Origin: a candidate division WOR-3 bacterium
Lineage (GTDB): Bacteria; Hydrothermota; Tepidihabitantia; Tepidihabitantales; Tepidihabitantaceae
DNA: 64,000 bases
Direction of reading: 5' to 3'
Assembly (NCBI GenBank): GCA_965648905.1
Contig: CBFGIT010000004.1
Span: forward strand, 1 to 64,000
Both the position numbers and the translations under genes were made by a program. Below, piece after piece: positions 1 to 8,973 of this stretch (the stretch's first letter is position 1; every line of letters starts with the position of its first letter). The notes beneath the pieces were generated by a model, which was given only the letters and a program-made list of their open reading frames with translations, was not told the origin of the DNA and did no database searches.

Positions 1-179
1 TCAGCCTCGACACCTGTTTCAAGGGCGCGCGGCTCAACGTCCTCATCAACCTCGCCGGTATCAAAGACCAGCAGTTCGTGGCCGACAAGCGCGAGACCAT
101 TGACGAGATGGCCGCGGAGATGGAGTCGCTGGTCAGGGAGTACAACGACGTCGTCGGCCGTCGGATGGGACAGGGCTAG
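1..179 (+). CDS. Partial (3' end) formiminotransferase-cyclodeaminase / methenyl-THF cyclohydrolase domain protein
   Basis: Frame 3 reads SLDTCFKGARLNVLINLAGIKDQQFVADKRE...MGQG* (TAG 177-179). GAxLNVLINLxxIKD resembles the C-terminus of FTCD cyclodeaminase domains. Not in the ORF track because it is 5'-truncated. Confidence 0.75.
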   Translation, partial: SLDTCFKGARLNVLINLAGIKDQQFVADKRETIDEMAAEMESLVREYNDVVGRRMGQG

Positions 180-182
180 CGC

Positions 183-1013
183 TTGAAGCCGGCAAGCGGT
201 CTGGTTGACCTGCACACCCATACCGTCTTTTCGGACGGACTGTCGACTCCGGAGCAACTGGTCGCCGATGCGGCTGAACTGGGACTGGCCGCAGTCGCAA
301 TCACCGACCACGATTCGGTCGGCGGCATCGACCGGGCTCTGGCAGCCGGCCGCCTGGCCGGGGTCGAAATCGTGCCCGGAGTTGAGATGAGCTGTACCAC
401 CAACGGCGTCGACGTCCACGTTCTCGGCTACTATGTCGACCACCATGACAAAAGGCTGCTTCAGTTCCTCGCCCGGGTCCAGACCAGCAGGACCGAACGA
501 GCCGAGCGGATGGTGAAGAAGCTGAACGAGCTTGATATCCCGGTGCGGATGGCCCGGGTGCGCGAGCTGGCGCGCGGCGCGGCAATCGGCCGGCCCCATG
601 TTGCCCAGGCCCTGGTTGAAACCGGCCGGGTGGCCAGTGTCCAGGAGGCGTTTGACCGCTTCATCGGTTACGACGGCCCGGCCTATTTCCCCAAGATGCA
701 GCTTACACCGAAACAGGGGATTGGTTTCATCCACGAGCATCACGGTCTGGCCGTGATTGCCCACCCGGCAAACTACCACAACGACGCAGCGGTCTACTCC
801 TGTATTGCGGCCGGGGCCGACGGCATCGAGGTCGAGCACCCGGACCACGAGCAGCGCCACGTTGACCACTACGTCGAAGTCGCGCAGAAGAACGGCCTGC
901 TCATGACCGGCGGCTCAGACTGCCATGGCGGCCGCAAGCAGGGCAAGGTCACACTGGGTCAGGTCGCGGTGCCGTACCGGTATCTGCAGGCGCTGAAGAA
1001 CCGACGGACATAG
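183..1013 (+). CDS. PHP-domain metal-dependent phosphoesterase (TrpH/YciV-like)
   Basis: DLHTHTxxSDG, AITDHD, PGVEMS, GRPH, AHP and GGSDCHG motifs. Confidence 0.9.
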   Translation: MKPASGLVDLHTHTVFSDGLSTPEQLVADAAELGLAAVAITDHDSVGGIDRALAAGRLAGVEIVPGVEMSCTTNGVDVHVLGYYVDHHDKRLLQFLARVQTSRTERAERMVKKLNELDIPVRMARVRELARGAAIGRPHVAQALVETGRVASVQEAFDRFIGYDGPAYFPKMQLTPKQGIGFIHEHHGLAVIAHPANYHNDAAVYSCIAAGADGIEVEHPDHEQRHVDHYVEVAQKNGLLMTGGSDCHGGRKQGKVTLGQVAVPYRYLQALKNRRT

Positions 1014-1076
1014 AACGAAGGCAGAAGGCGGAATGCAGAATGCAGAGCGCAGAATGCAAAATGCAGAATGGCGAGT
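1014..1076 (+). repeat. Nine tandem degenerate heptamers (consensus GCAGAAT)
   Basis: aacgaag|gcagaag|gcggaat|gcagaat|gcagagc|gcagaat|gcaaaat|gcagaat|ggcgagt, starting right after the stop at 1013. Confidence 0.9.
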
Positions 1077-1704
1077 CTTACTGGTCCTGTTCCTGGCTCT
1101 GACCACCGTCGCCTCAGCTCAACTGCAGATAGCGCGGCTGAAGTACTCGGGCGGCGGGGACTGGTACAACGACCCGGACGCGATTCCCAACCTTGCCCGC
1201 GAAATCAACTCCCGGACCAACATCCGCGTCGCGTCCGACGAAGCCCAGGTCAGCCTGCTCGACGACAAGCTGTTCAACTACCCATTTCTCTTCATGACCG
1301 GCCACGGCAACGTCTCCTTCTCCGACGACGAGGTAAGCCGGCTGCGGCAGTATCTTGAGGCCGGCGGGTTCCTCTATGCCGACGACGACTATGGCATGGA
1401 CGAGTCTTTCCGCCGCGAGATGGCCAAGGTCCTGCCGGCAAGCGAGCTGGTTGAGCTGCCGTTCAACCACCCGATTTACCACTCAGTCTACGACTTTGAA
1501 AGCGGCCTGCCCAAGATTCACGAACACGAGGAGGGTCCGCCCCATGGCTACGGCCTGTTTGTCCGGGGCAGGATGGTCGTCTTTTATACCTTCAACACCA
1601 ACATCTCGGACGGCTGGACCGCAGCCCACAAAGACCCGCCTGAAGTCCGCGAGCAGGCCTTCCGCGTCGGTATCAACATCATCGCCTGGTTTCTCACCAA
1701 CTGA
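1033..1704 (+). CDS. DUF4159-family exported protein (start may be 1033 or 1054)
   Basis: Signal-peptide-like N-terminus; IARLKYSGGGDWY, YPFLFMTGHG, GGFLYADDDYG and GLPKIHEH match the DUF4159 pattern. Confidence 0.8.
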   Translation: MQNAERRMQNAEWRVLLVLFLALTTVASAQLQIARLKYSGGGDWYNDPDAIPNLAREINSRTNIRVASDEAQVSLLDDKLFNYPFLFMTGHGNVSFSDDEVSRLRQYLEAGGFLYADDDYGMDESFRREMAKVLPASELVELPFNHPIYHSVYDFESGLPKIHEHEEGPPHGYGLFVRGRMVVFYTFNTNISDGWTAAHKDPPEVREQAFRVGINIIAWFLTN

Positions 1705-2053
1705 GAGCCGGCCCGTTGGCCGCGCCTCTCCTTCGCCTCTGCCCCTCGATGGCCGGTTCTCTGCCCAGAGCGAAACCGGGAGCCCTGGTCAGTTGCGCCC
1801 ACCTTTGGCACCGGCCTGCTCAGCCCCCGGCTCACCGGTCTGCCGCAGTGGCCTGCGCAGCGCCGGCCGAAGCAGGAAGCAAAGCCCGGGCGGAGCTGCC
1901 GGCGCCAGCCCCTTCTCCGGTCGGCTCGACACGGCACGGGCCTGGGGCCAGCGCTTCGGGTTGGGTAACCCTGACCGTCTGGGTAGCCATGCCGGGAACA
2001 GTATTCAGGTGTGGTAAGTCCGAACTGCGGGCCGTCTTTGGCGCAGCCTCCTC

Positions 2054-2081
2054 AAGAAACAGCGGCCTTTCCAGGCCGCTG
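2054..2081 (-). terminator. Rho-independent terminator of the TPR gene
   Basis: Minus strand CAGCGGCCT-GGAA-AGGCCGCTG-TTTCTT: 9-bp stem, GNRA loop and U-rich tail, 8 nt after the stop at 2090. Confidence 0.85.
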
Positions 2082-2089
2082 AAGGCGTG

Positions 2090-3343
2090 CTAGAGACCTG
2101 AGTCGGCCCGGTCCTGGCCGGAGAACTTGCTCTGGTAGCGTTTCCAGGCAAGTTCCCGGTTGCGCTCCATCTCGACAATCGCCTGTTCCGACTCCTGGGT
2201 GTGGCCGAGAAAGAGCTGGGCGTCGGCCAGGAGCGTGTAGCCGGCCTGGTCGTCCGGATTCATTCTGGTGGCGCGGGACAGAACTTCAACTGCCCGGCCG
2301 TAGTCTCCTCTGTCGAAGAGGAGTGCACCGAGGTGCGAGTGGTGCCGCCAGTCCTCCGGACCAAGGCGAACCGCAACCTCGGCCGCGGTCACGGCTTCGT
2401 TCAGTTGGTCGGCGGCCCGGTAGACCTGGCTGAGCCGGAACCAGGTGTAAGCGTCGTCCGGGTAGCGCCGGGCCAGCGCCTCGGCGGCCGCGACTGCTTC
2501 TTTCTGCATGCGGAAGTGCTCGTAATAGCCGCAGGTCGCTTCGGGGTTGTCGGCGAATCTCGAATTTATTGCCTCGTAGATGTCAATAGCATCGTCGGTC
2601 CGACCCAGGCGGTTATAGCAGTCCAGCAGGTAGAAGTAGGCCGCGGGCTGTTCCGGCTCCTCTTCGATCGCGCGGCCGAACTCGGCCGCCGCCTCGCTCC
2701 AGAGGCCCTCGAGGTAATAGTCCCGACCCAAGTGCTGATGAGGATTCTCGACGTTCGGGTCTGCCGACTTGGCCCGCTCGTACTCGAGCAGCGCGTTCTG
2801 GTATTCGCCGTTCAGGGCGTAGGCAATCCCCAATGACATCCGAGCCCGGACATTCCTGGGGTCGAGTTCCAGTACCCGCTCGAAAGCTCCGGTATCCTTT
2901 TCTTCGTCGTCCGAATACCCGTGCACGATGCCCAGCCCGAGCAGGATGTCGACGTCGTCGGGCAGCAGGGTAAGAGCTTTCTGGAAGAGGTCTTCGGCCC
3001 GGGAGAAATTGGCCAGAAAGAAGTATCGCGCCGCTTCACAGGCCAGAGAGTAAGGATGGCGCGGGTCCAGCTCCAGGGCGTGCCGGCAGATGTCGTCCAG
3101 CGTCTCTTCCTCGGACAGGAGGCTTGCGCACATCGCCGCGAGGTAGTGAATGTGCAGGTTGCCGGGCGCGAGCCGCAAGGCTTCCAGCAGGCAGTCCAGC
3201 GCTTCCTGCTCTTCCTCCCGGTAGAACGCACTGCGGCCGGCACGGAAGAGCTGACCGGCGTTAAGCGGCCCTTGAAGACCCTCGGCCGTGCCGGCATGCT
3301 GGGGCCGGCGGTACGGTCGTCTTGGTTCGAAACCGTTGCTCAC
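2090..3343 (-). CDS. Tetratricopeptide repeat protein
   Basis: Multiple TPR-like units (ALELDPRH, RVLELDPRNVRARMSLG, HSHLGALLFDRGDY). Confidence 0.9.
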   Translation of the reverse strand: MSNGFEPRRPYRRPQHAGTAEGLQGPLNAGQLFRAGRSAFYREEEQEALDCLLEALRLAPGNLHIHYLAAMCASLLSEEETLDDICRHALELDPRHPYSLACEAARYFFLANFSRAEDLFQKALTLLPDDVDILLGLGIVHGYSDDEEKDTGAFERVLELDPRNVRARMSLGIAYALNGEYQNALLEYERAKSADPNVENPHQHLGRDYYLEGLWSEAAAEFGRAIEEEPEQPAAYFYLLDCYNRLGRTDDAIDIYEAINSRFADNPEATCGYYEHFRMQKEAVAAAEALARRYPDDAYTWFRLSQVYRAADQLNEAVTAAEVAVRLGPEDWRHHSHLGALLFDRGDYGRAVEVLSRATRMNPDDQAGYTLLADAQLFLGHTQESEQAIVEMERNRELAWKRYQSKFSGQDRADSGL

Positions 3344-3348
3344 ATCTA

Positions 3349-3377
3349 ATTCTACCGCTTCACCCGGCCTCTGGCAA
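3349..3377 (-). promoter_or_regulatory. sigma70-like promoter, probably leaderless
   Basis: TTGCCA-N17-TAGAAT, then 5 nt, then GTG (3343). Confidence 0.65.
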
Positions 3378-3382
3378 TACCG

Positions 3383-4084
3383 CTACCGGGCCGGACCAAG
3401 CACGATGCCAACCAGGTCACGAATGTCCCCAAGCATGAAGTCGGGTCGAAACTGGTGCAGCAGCGCTGCCGGTCGATAGCCGTAGGTCACCGCACAGGTT
3501 GCGGTCCCGGCTGCCCGTCCCGACTCGATGTCGGTCTCGGCGTCGCCGACCATGAGTGCCGCGCTCGGGGCAGCGCCCAGTTGCTCAAGCGCGGTCAGTA
3601 CCGGTTCGGGATGGGGCTTGTGCTTTCTTCCCTCTTTGTACCCGTGGATGTAGTCAAAGAAGCCTGCGGCGTTGCAGCCCTCAAGCACGAGCTCGGCCTG
3701 GCTCTGATGCTTGGTCGTGACCACGGCAAGCAGTACGCCTGTCTGTTTCAGGCGTTCGAGAACTTCTGCCACGTGCGGGTACAGCCTGGTGTTGTCGCGA
3801 AAGTGGCGGGCAAAATGGCTGCGGTACGCGGCAACGAACTCGGCCGCCTGGTCCGGACCAGCCGAAGAACCGAGCCGGGCGAAAATCGCCTCAAGCGGCA
3901 GGCCGACAAGCGCCAGGATGTCGTCGTCGTCCGGCAGGTCGCGGCAGCCGACCGCGCGCAGGGCGTGCCGCACAGAACCGACCAGGTCTGTGCCTGAGTC
4001 GAGAATCGTTCCATCAAGGTCGAACAGAACCGCACCGAACCTCAGCGCTACGCCGGTTCCGGCCGGGCCCGGGCTTTGCCGCAA
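3383..4084 (-). CDS. HAD-IA family hydrolase (phosphoglycolate phosphatase-like)
   Basis: FDLDGT motif I, VVTTK, KPHPEP and MVGDAETD motifs. Confidence 0.9.
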   Translation of the reverse strand: MRQSPGPAGTGVALRFGAVLFDLDGTILDSGTDLVGSVRHALRAVGCRDLPDDDDILALVGLPLEAIFARLGSSAGPDQAAEFVAAYRSHFARHFRDNTRLYPHVAEVLERLKQTGVLLAVVTTKHQSQAELVLEGCNAAGFFDYIHGYKEGRKHKPHPEPVLTALEQLGAAPSAALMVGDAETDIESGRAAGTATCAVTYGYRPAALLHQFRPDFMLGDIRDLVGIVLGPAR

Positions 4085-4087
4085 GCG

Positions 4088-5476
4088 TCAGCCCGACAGT
4101 CCGGCTGCCGGCCGGTGGTACCGTTCGAGGTACTCGCCGCGCACGCGCTTCAACTCCGCGCCCGGGAACATGCTGAGCAGTTCCCAGCCCAAATCGAGGG
4201 TCTGTTCAATGGTACGGTTGTCGTTCTCGCCCTGAGAAATGTAGCGCTCTTCAAAGAGCTGGGCAAAGCGTAGATACACCCGGTCCATGTCCGCCAGTGC
4301 TGCTTCGCCCAAAATGACCTGCAGTTCTTCGGCCTCTTTGCCGCGAGCATAGCAGGCGTAAAGCTGGTTGAACAGGTCGGCGTGGTCCTCCCGGGTCTTG
4401 CCCTTGCCGATGCCCTTGTCTTTCAGGCGCGAGAGGCTGGGCAGGACATCGACCGGCGGCGAAACCTTGCGCCGGAACATGGTGCGGGAAAGAATTATCT
4501 GGCCCTCGGTGATGTAACCGGTCAGGTCGGGTATCGGATGAGTCTTGTCGTCCTCGGGCATGGTCAGGACCGGCATCATCGTAATCGAGCCCGCTCGCCC
4601 TTTAATCCGGCCGCACCGTTCATAAATCGACGAGAGGTCGGTGTACAGGTAACCCGGGAACCCGCGTCGCCCCGGAATCTCCTTGCGCGCCGCCGCGACT
4701 TCCCTCAGCGCCTCGCAGTAGTTGGTCATGTCGGTGAGGACGACCAGGACGTGCATGCCCAGCTCAAACGCCAGGTACTCGGCCGCGGTCAGCGCGGTAC
4801 GGGGAGCAGCGATGCGCTCGATCGCCGGCTCATCGGCAAGGTTCAAGTACACCGCGGTCCGCTCGATGGCCCCGGACCGCGTGAAGTCCTGGATGAAGAA
4901 CTCGGCTTCCTCGAACGTAATGCCCATCGCGGCAAACACGACCGCAAACGGGCTGGTTCCGCCGAGCACCCGGGCCTGTCGGACAATCTGCGCGGCCAGC
5001 CGGTTGTGCGGCAGCCCCGAGCCGGAGAATATCGGCAGCTTCTGGCCCCGCACCAGGGTATTCAGTCCGTCAATTGACGATATACCGGTCTGAATGAACT
5101 CATTAGGGTACTCGCGGGCGCAGGGGTTCATCGGTGCACCGTTGATGTCCAGGCGCTGTTCCGGAATCACCGGCGGGTTCCCGTCGCGCGGCCGGCCGAG
5201 ACCGTCAAACACCCGACCCAGAATCTCGCGGGACAGGTCGACCTCGATGCCCCGGGCGAGAAACCTGACCTTGACTCCGGCGACGTCGAGCCCGGTGGTT
5301 CCCTCGAACACCTGAATCAGGGCCCGGTCGCCTTCGACCTCCAGTGTCTGGCCGCGGCGTGTCTCGCCGTCAGGCAACGTAAGCTGAACCAGCTCCTGGT
5401 ACTTGACGCCGCTGACCCCCTCGACGAGCAGCAGCGGGCCGGCGATGGACGAGACGGTCTGGTACTGCTTTATCAC
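4088..5476 (-). CDS. atpB: V/A-type ATP synthase subunit B
   Basis: [45 protein letters not shown]. Confidence 0.97.
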   Translation of the reverse strand: MIKQYQTVSSIAGPLLLVEGVSGVKYQELVQLTLPDGETRRGQTLEVEGDRALIQVFEGTTGLDVAGVKVRFLARGIEVDLSREILGRVFDGLGRPRDGNPPVIPEQRLDINGAPMNPCAREYPNEFIQTGISSIDGLNTLVRGQKLPIFSGSGLPHNRLAAQIVRQARVLGGTSPFAVVFAAMGITFEEAEFFIQDFTRSGAIERTAVYLNLADEPAIERIAAPRTALTAAEYLAFELGMHVLVVLTDMTNYCEALREVAAARKEIPGRRGFPGYLYTDLSSIYERCGRIKGRAGSITMMPVLTMPEDDKTHPIPDLTGYITEGQIILSRTMFRRKVSPPVDVLPSLSRLKDKGIGKGKTREDHADLFNQLYACYARGKEAEELQVILGEAALADMDRVYLRFAQLFEERYISQGENDNRTIEQTLDLGWELLSMFPGAELKRVRGEYLERYHRPAAGLSG

Positions 5477-7272
5477 ACGACCTCCACGCTCGCGGCCGCG
5501 GTCTGCTCGGCGGCCAGAACCTGTTCAAGGTGCTCAAGCAGCTCGGTTATCGCTGCCTCGGCTTCGTGCTCGGCCTGGTACTTCATCCGCGCCAGCCGCT
5601 CACGAACCGGCAGCCGTTCAATCACGCCGATCTCTGCGCCCCGCTCCAACGCCTGCCGGGCCAAGTCATGGAACCGAAGAATCGCGGCAAGCATCCGCGC
5701 CTGCTTGGCAAGCGAGGCATAAGTGTCAACCTCGTGGAACGCGTTCTGGTGAAGGAAGTCCTCGCGAATGCTGCGCGCGACCTCGAGTGTCAACCGGTCC
5801 TGGGCCGACAGGGTGTCCTTGCCCACGAGCCGGACGATTTCCTCAAGCGCCGCCTCCTGTTCGAGCAGCGCCATCGCTCGGGACGCATCCTCGGCAAACC
5901 CGGCGCCGGCCAGCTTGCTGACCGACTCGGCCAGCGCCTCCCGGTACAGCGAATACGAGTTGAGCCACGATATCGCCGGGAAGTGCCGGCGGAAAGCCAG
6001 TTTGTCCTCAAGCGACCAGAAGACCTTCACCACCCGCAGTGTCGCCTGAACAACCGGGTCGTTCAAGTCGCCGCCGGGCGGAGACACCGAGCCGACTACG
6101 GTCAGGGCGCCCTCGCGTTCCCCGCCGCCAGGGTCGGTACCGACGCAGACGACGCGGCCGGCGCGTTCATAGAACTCGGCAATCCGAGTGGCGAGATAGG
6201 CCGGGTAACCTTCTTCTCCCGGCATCTCCTCCATCCGTCCGGAAATCTCGCGCATCGCCTCTGCCCAGCGCGAGGTCGAATCGGCCTGAAGCGCAACCGG
6301 CAGGCCCATGTCGCGGAAGTACTCGGCGATGGTGATGCCGGTGTACACCGACGCCTCGCGCGCGGCAACCGGCATGTTTGATGTGTTCGCAATCAATACC
6401 GTGCGTTTCATCAACGGCTCGCCCGAACGCGGGTCCTTCAGTTCGGGAAACTCCATCAGGACGTCGGTCATCTCGTTGCCCCGCTCGCCGCAGCCGACGA
6501 AAATGACCACCTGCGCATCTGACCACTTGGCAAACTGGTGCTGAATCACGGTCTTGCCCGAGCCGAACGGGCCGGGCACGCACGCGGTCCCGCCGTTGGC
6601 AATCGGGAAGAAGGCGTCGATGACACGCTGGCCGGTCACCAGGGGCTGCTCCGGAGAGAGCTTGCGGCTGACCGGTCGCGGCCGCCTTACCGGCCAGAGC
6701 TGCATCATTTTCAGTTCAACGCTGCCGTGGTCGGTTTCGACCGTCGCAACCGGGTCGGTGACGCGGAACTGCCCGGCACCGATTGCGGCCAACCTCCCGG
6801 ACACGCCGGCCGGGACCATGATCCGGTGCCGGACCAGCACCGTCTCCTGGACTTCGCCAATCACGTCGCCCGGTCCGACCACCGCGCCGACGCGACGGAC
6901 CGGCTCGAATTCCCACCGTCGGTCCCGGTCAAGACCGGGCACGGCTACTCCGCGGGTGATGAAATCGCCAGCCTGCTGGCGGACCAGCTCGAGCGGTCGC
7001 TGGATACCGTCGTAGATAGTACCAATCAGTCCGGGCCCGAGTTCGACCGACAGCGGTGCGTACGTCGGGAACACGGGCTCACCCGGACCGATACCGCCGG
7101 TCTCCTCGTACACCTGAATCGAAGCCTGCGCCCCACGCAGCTCGATGATCTCACCGATGAGACGTCGCTCGGATACCTTGACAACGTCGTACATCTTCGA
7201 GCCCGCCATGCCGTCTGCAACCACCAGCGGGCCTGATACCTTGACAATTGTTCCGGCTCGTTCTGCCGCCAT
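5473..7272 (-). CDS. atpA: V/A-type ATP synthase subunit A
   Basis: P-loop [42 protein letters not shown]. Confidence 0.97.
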   Translation of the reverse strand: MAAERAGTIVKVSGPLVVADGMAGSKMYDVVKVSERRLIGEIIELRGAQASIQVYEETGGIGPGEPVFPTYAPLSVELGPGLIGTIYDGIQRPLELVRQQAGDFITRGVAVPGLDRDRRWEFEPVRRVGAVVGPGDVIGEVQETVLVRHRIMVPAGVSGRLAAIGAGQFRVTDPVATVETDHGSVELKMMQLWPVRRPRPVSRKLSPEQPLVTGQRVIDAFFPIANGGTACVPGPFGSGKTVIQHQFAKWSDAQVVIFVGCGERGNEMTDVLMEFPELKDPRSGEPLMKRTVLIANTSNMPVAAREASVYTGITIAEYFRDMGLPVALQADSTSRWAEAMREISGRMEEMPGEEGYPAYLATRIAEFYERAGRVVCVGTDPGGGEREGALTVVGSVSPPGGDLNDPVVQATLRVVKVFWSLEDKLAFRRHFPAISWLNSYSLYREALAESVSKLAGAGFAEDASRAMALLEQEAALEEIVRLVGKDTLSAQDRLTLEVARSIREDFLHQNAFHEVDTYASLAKQARMLAAILRFHDLARQALERGAEIGVIERLPVRERLARMKYQAEHEAEAAITELLEHLEQVLAAEQTAAASVEVV

Positions 7273-7616
7273 CAGTCTTTCTCCTTTCCGGGCATCTTCA
7301 GCACGTCGGCGCCGACCGCCCGACGGACCAGCGCACGCAGTCGGGCCGCGCCCGTCCCGGCATCGTCGAGCGGCAGCGGTACAAGACAGGGAATCGCGCT
7401 CCGGCTGTAGCGCTCAAGCAGCGAACCCAAGTGCGGCGTCAGGTCCGCGGTGAAGAAGACAATCCGATAGCCGCGCTGCACCAGTGCCTCGACCTGAGCC
7501 GAGCACCCCGGTCCGGGTTCGGTCGGGCAGGTGTCAAGTCCTGCGGCCCGGAACGGCGCCACCAGCTCCGACGGTCCGGCCACGACAACCCGGTTGCTGC
7601 TGACTTCAGGAGACAT
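7272..7616 (-). CDS. atpF: V/A-type ATP synthase subunit F
   Basis: Lies between C and A; about 114 aa ending LVRRAVGAD, typical of subunit F. ATG 7616 chosen because it overlaps the end of subunit C. Confidence 0.8.
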   Translation of the reverse strand: MSPEVSSNRVVVAGPSELVAPFRAAGLDTCPTEPGPGCSAQVEALVQRGYRIVFFTADLTPHLGSLLERYSRSAIPCLVPLPLDDAGTGAARLRALVRRAVGADVLKMPGKEKD

Positions 7617-8625
7617 AAGCAACCAGTTCCCGGGTCTTGTCCTCGGGCAGCCCGGCAACTTTTGCCGACCAGAGCTGTCTAATGTTGGTCAATTCGTTCT
7701 CGCGCAGCAGGTAGAAGGCGACCAGCGGCTCGTGACCGAAGACGGAGTACTTTGACCGGCGCAGGTAGGCGAGCTTCAGCTCTCTGCCGACCTTTTCCAT
7801 CGCCAGGAGCGAGCGGCTGCGCTCCAGCCCGGCGATACCGGCCGCAACGTAGTCACGCAAGGGCCCGGCTGAGAAGTGGGCCGCGACCTCGCTCCATTCT
7901 CTTTCCAACAACGCTGCCAGTTCCTGCTTGGTTGTCGCGCCGCCAGCCAGGTAGGCGAGCTGAAGCAGCTCCCTGCCCTCGCCGAGCACACGGGCTCTCA
8001 ACATGGTGCGGATATTCTCGGTGTCGGCGTAGAGTTCGAGGTAGCCGAGCAGGAACCGGCTCTTGCACACGACTCGGATCTGTTCCGACTGCAGTGCTCG
8101 GTCAATGATTGCGTCCACCGCAGATGGGTCCGGCAACGTTCCTTGAAGATCTGTGGCCGCGGCCCAGGCCGCTTCGGCCCACGGATGCGCGGCACCGCCC
8201 GAACCAGCAGTAATCCGTCTCAGAGCGTCTTGGCCCAAGGTGCCAACCTTCACCAACGACCCGGGTTCTGGCTCGGTCCGGGCGAGCTTCTGCTTTGCCA
8301 GTAGTTTCAGGTTCAATGCGTCGGTACGCAGACGCACGAAATCAAGCAACCAAGGGTCTAGGCAGTACTTGGCGAAGAAGTCGTCGTTCTCCTGAACCGC
8401 GCGAGCAAGCGCCGATTCAACTCCTCCGGATGCGCGACCTTGGCTGAAATGGCGCGCGTAGGACGTTTCCGCAACTGCTGCAGTGAACTCACTCGCGTCC
8501 GCTGTTCTTACGAGCAGGTCGTACTCAGAAGAACCAAGGAGGTCCTTTTCCAATGAGCGCACCCGACCCAAAGCGAACCCATAGTTGGGGTCTTCTTCTA
8601 GTGTCAAGTTGGTGATTGAGGCCAA
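7606..8625 (-). CDS. atpC: V/A-type ATP synthase subunit C (AhaC/NtpC)
   Basis: YGFALGRVRSLE at the N-terminus and FGHEPLVAFYLLRENELTNIR at the C-terminus; size and position fit. Confidence 0.85.
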   Translation of the reverse strand: MASITNLTLEEDPNYGFALGRVRSLEKDLLGSSEYDLLVRTADASEFTAAVAETSYARHFSQGRASGGVESALARAVQENDDFFAKYCLDPWLLDFVRLRTDALNLKLLAKQKLARTEPEPGSLVKVGTLGQDALRRITAGSGGAAHPWAEAAWAAATDLQGTLPDPSAVDAIIDRALQSEQIRVVCKSRFLLGYLELYADTENIRTMLRARVLGEGRELLQLAYLAGGATTKQELAALLEREWSEVAAHFSAGPLRDYVAAGIAGLERSRSLLAMEKVGRELKLAYLRRSKYSVFGHEPLVAFYLLRENELTNIRQLWSAKVAGLPEDKTRELVAYVS

Positions 8626-8634
8626 ATGTCGGTA

Positions 8635-8662
8635 AATATACCGGAACTGTTCAACCTGTCAA
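8635..8662 (-). promoter_or_regulatory. sigma70-like promoter of the ATPase C-F-A-B unit
   Basis: TTGACA-N16-TATATT, 9 nt before TTG 8625; no SD visible. Confidence 0.6.
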
Positions 8663-8699
8663 CGGCTCCAGTAGAGTGGTCACTGGAGCCAAGACCACA

Positions 8700-8973
8700 G
8701 AAGACACAGGTTTCTCGGACCAATATCACACTCGGTTATTACAAATAGCTGTAGTTTTGTGACTAGACACGCGCTTGTTTTCTTCATGATAGCAATGGCA
8801 ACAATGTAGCATGATTACACTTGATGTTGTTGTTGTGTGTGTGGACAGTGTGGCAAGTGACTGAAACCTATGTGCGACAACTGTTCTGGAGGTTCGGTTG
8901 GTGTGGACGGATAGTGGCAATCGGGGTGAGTCGATGTTGGTGGGGCGACCTCAGGTCGATATCCACAGTGTTG
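8700..8973. other. Putative chromosomal replication origin (oriC) region
   Basis: AT-richer non-coding gap directly downstream of dnaA. DnaA-box-like 9-mers TGTGGACAG 8840-8848, TGTGGCAAG 8849-8857, TGTGGACGG 8902-8910 and ATATCCACA 8959-8967; trinucleotide run at 8821-8835. Confidence 0.7.

Noticed and set aside
1705..2053. 350-bp GC-rich gap as a possible SRP, RNase P or tmRNA gene, or the listed ORFs
   Set aside because: No diagnostic conserved motif found by eye, and the ORFs are low-complexity Pro/Arg/Ala frames. An Rfam scan would settle it.
8726..8920. 64-aa His/Cys/Thr-rich ORF
   Set aside because: It overlaps the DnaA boxes and triplet run; its composition is a by-product of the origin sequence.
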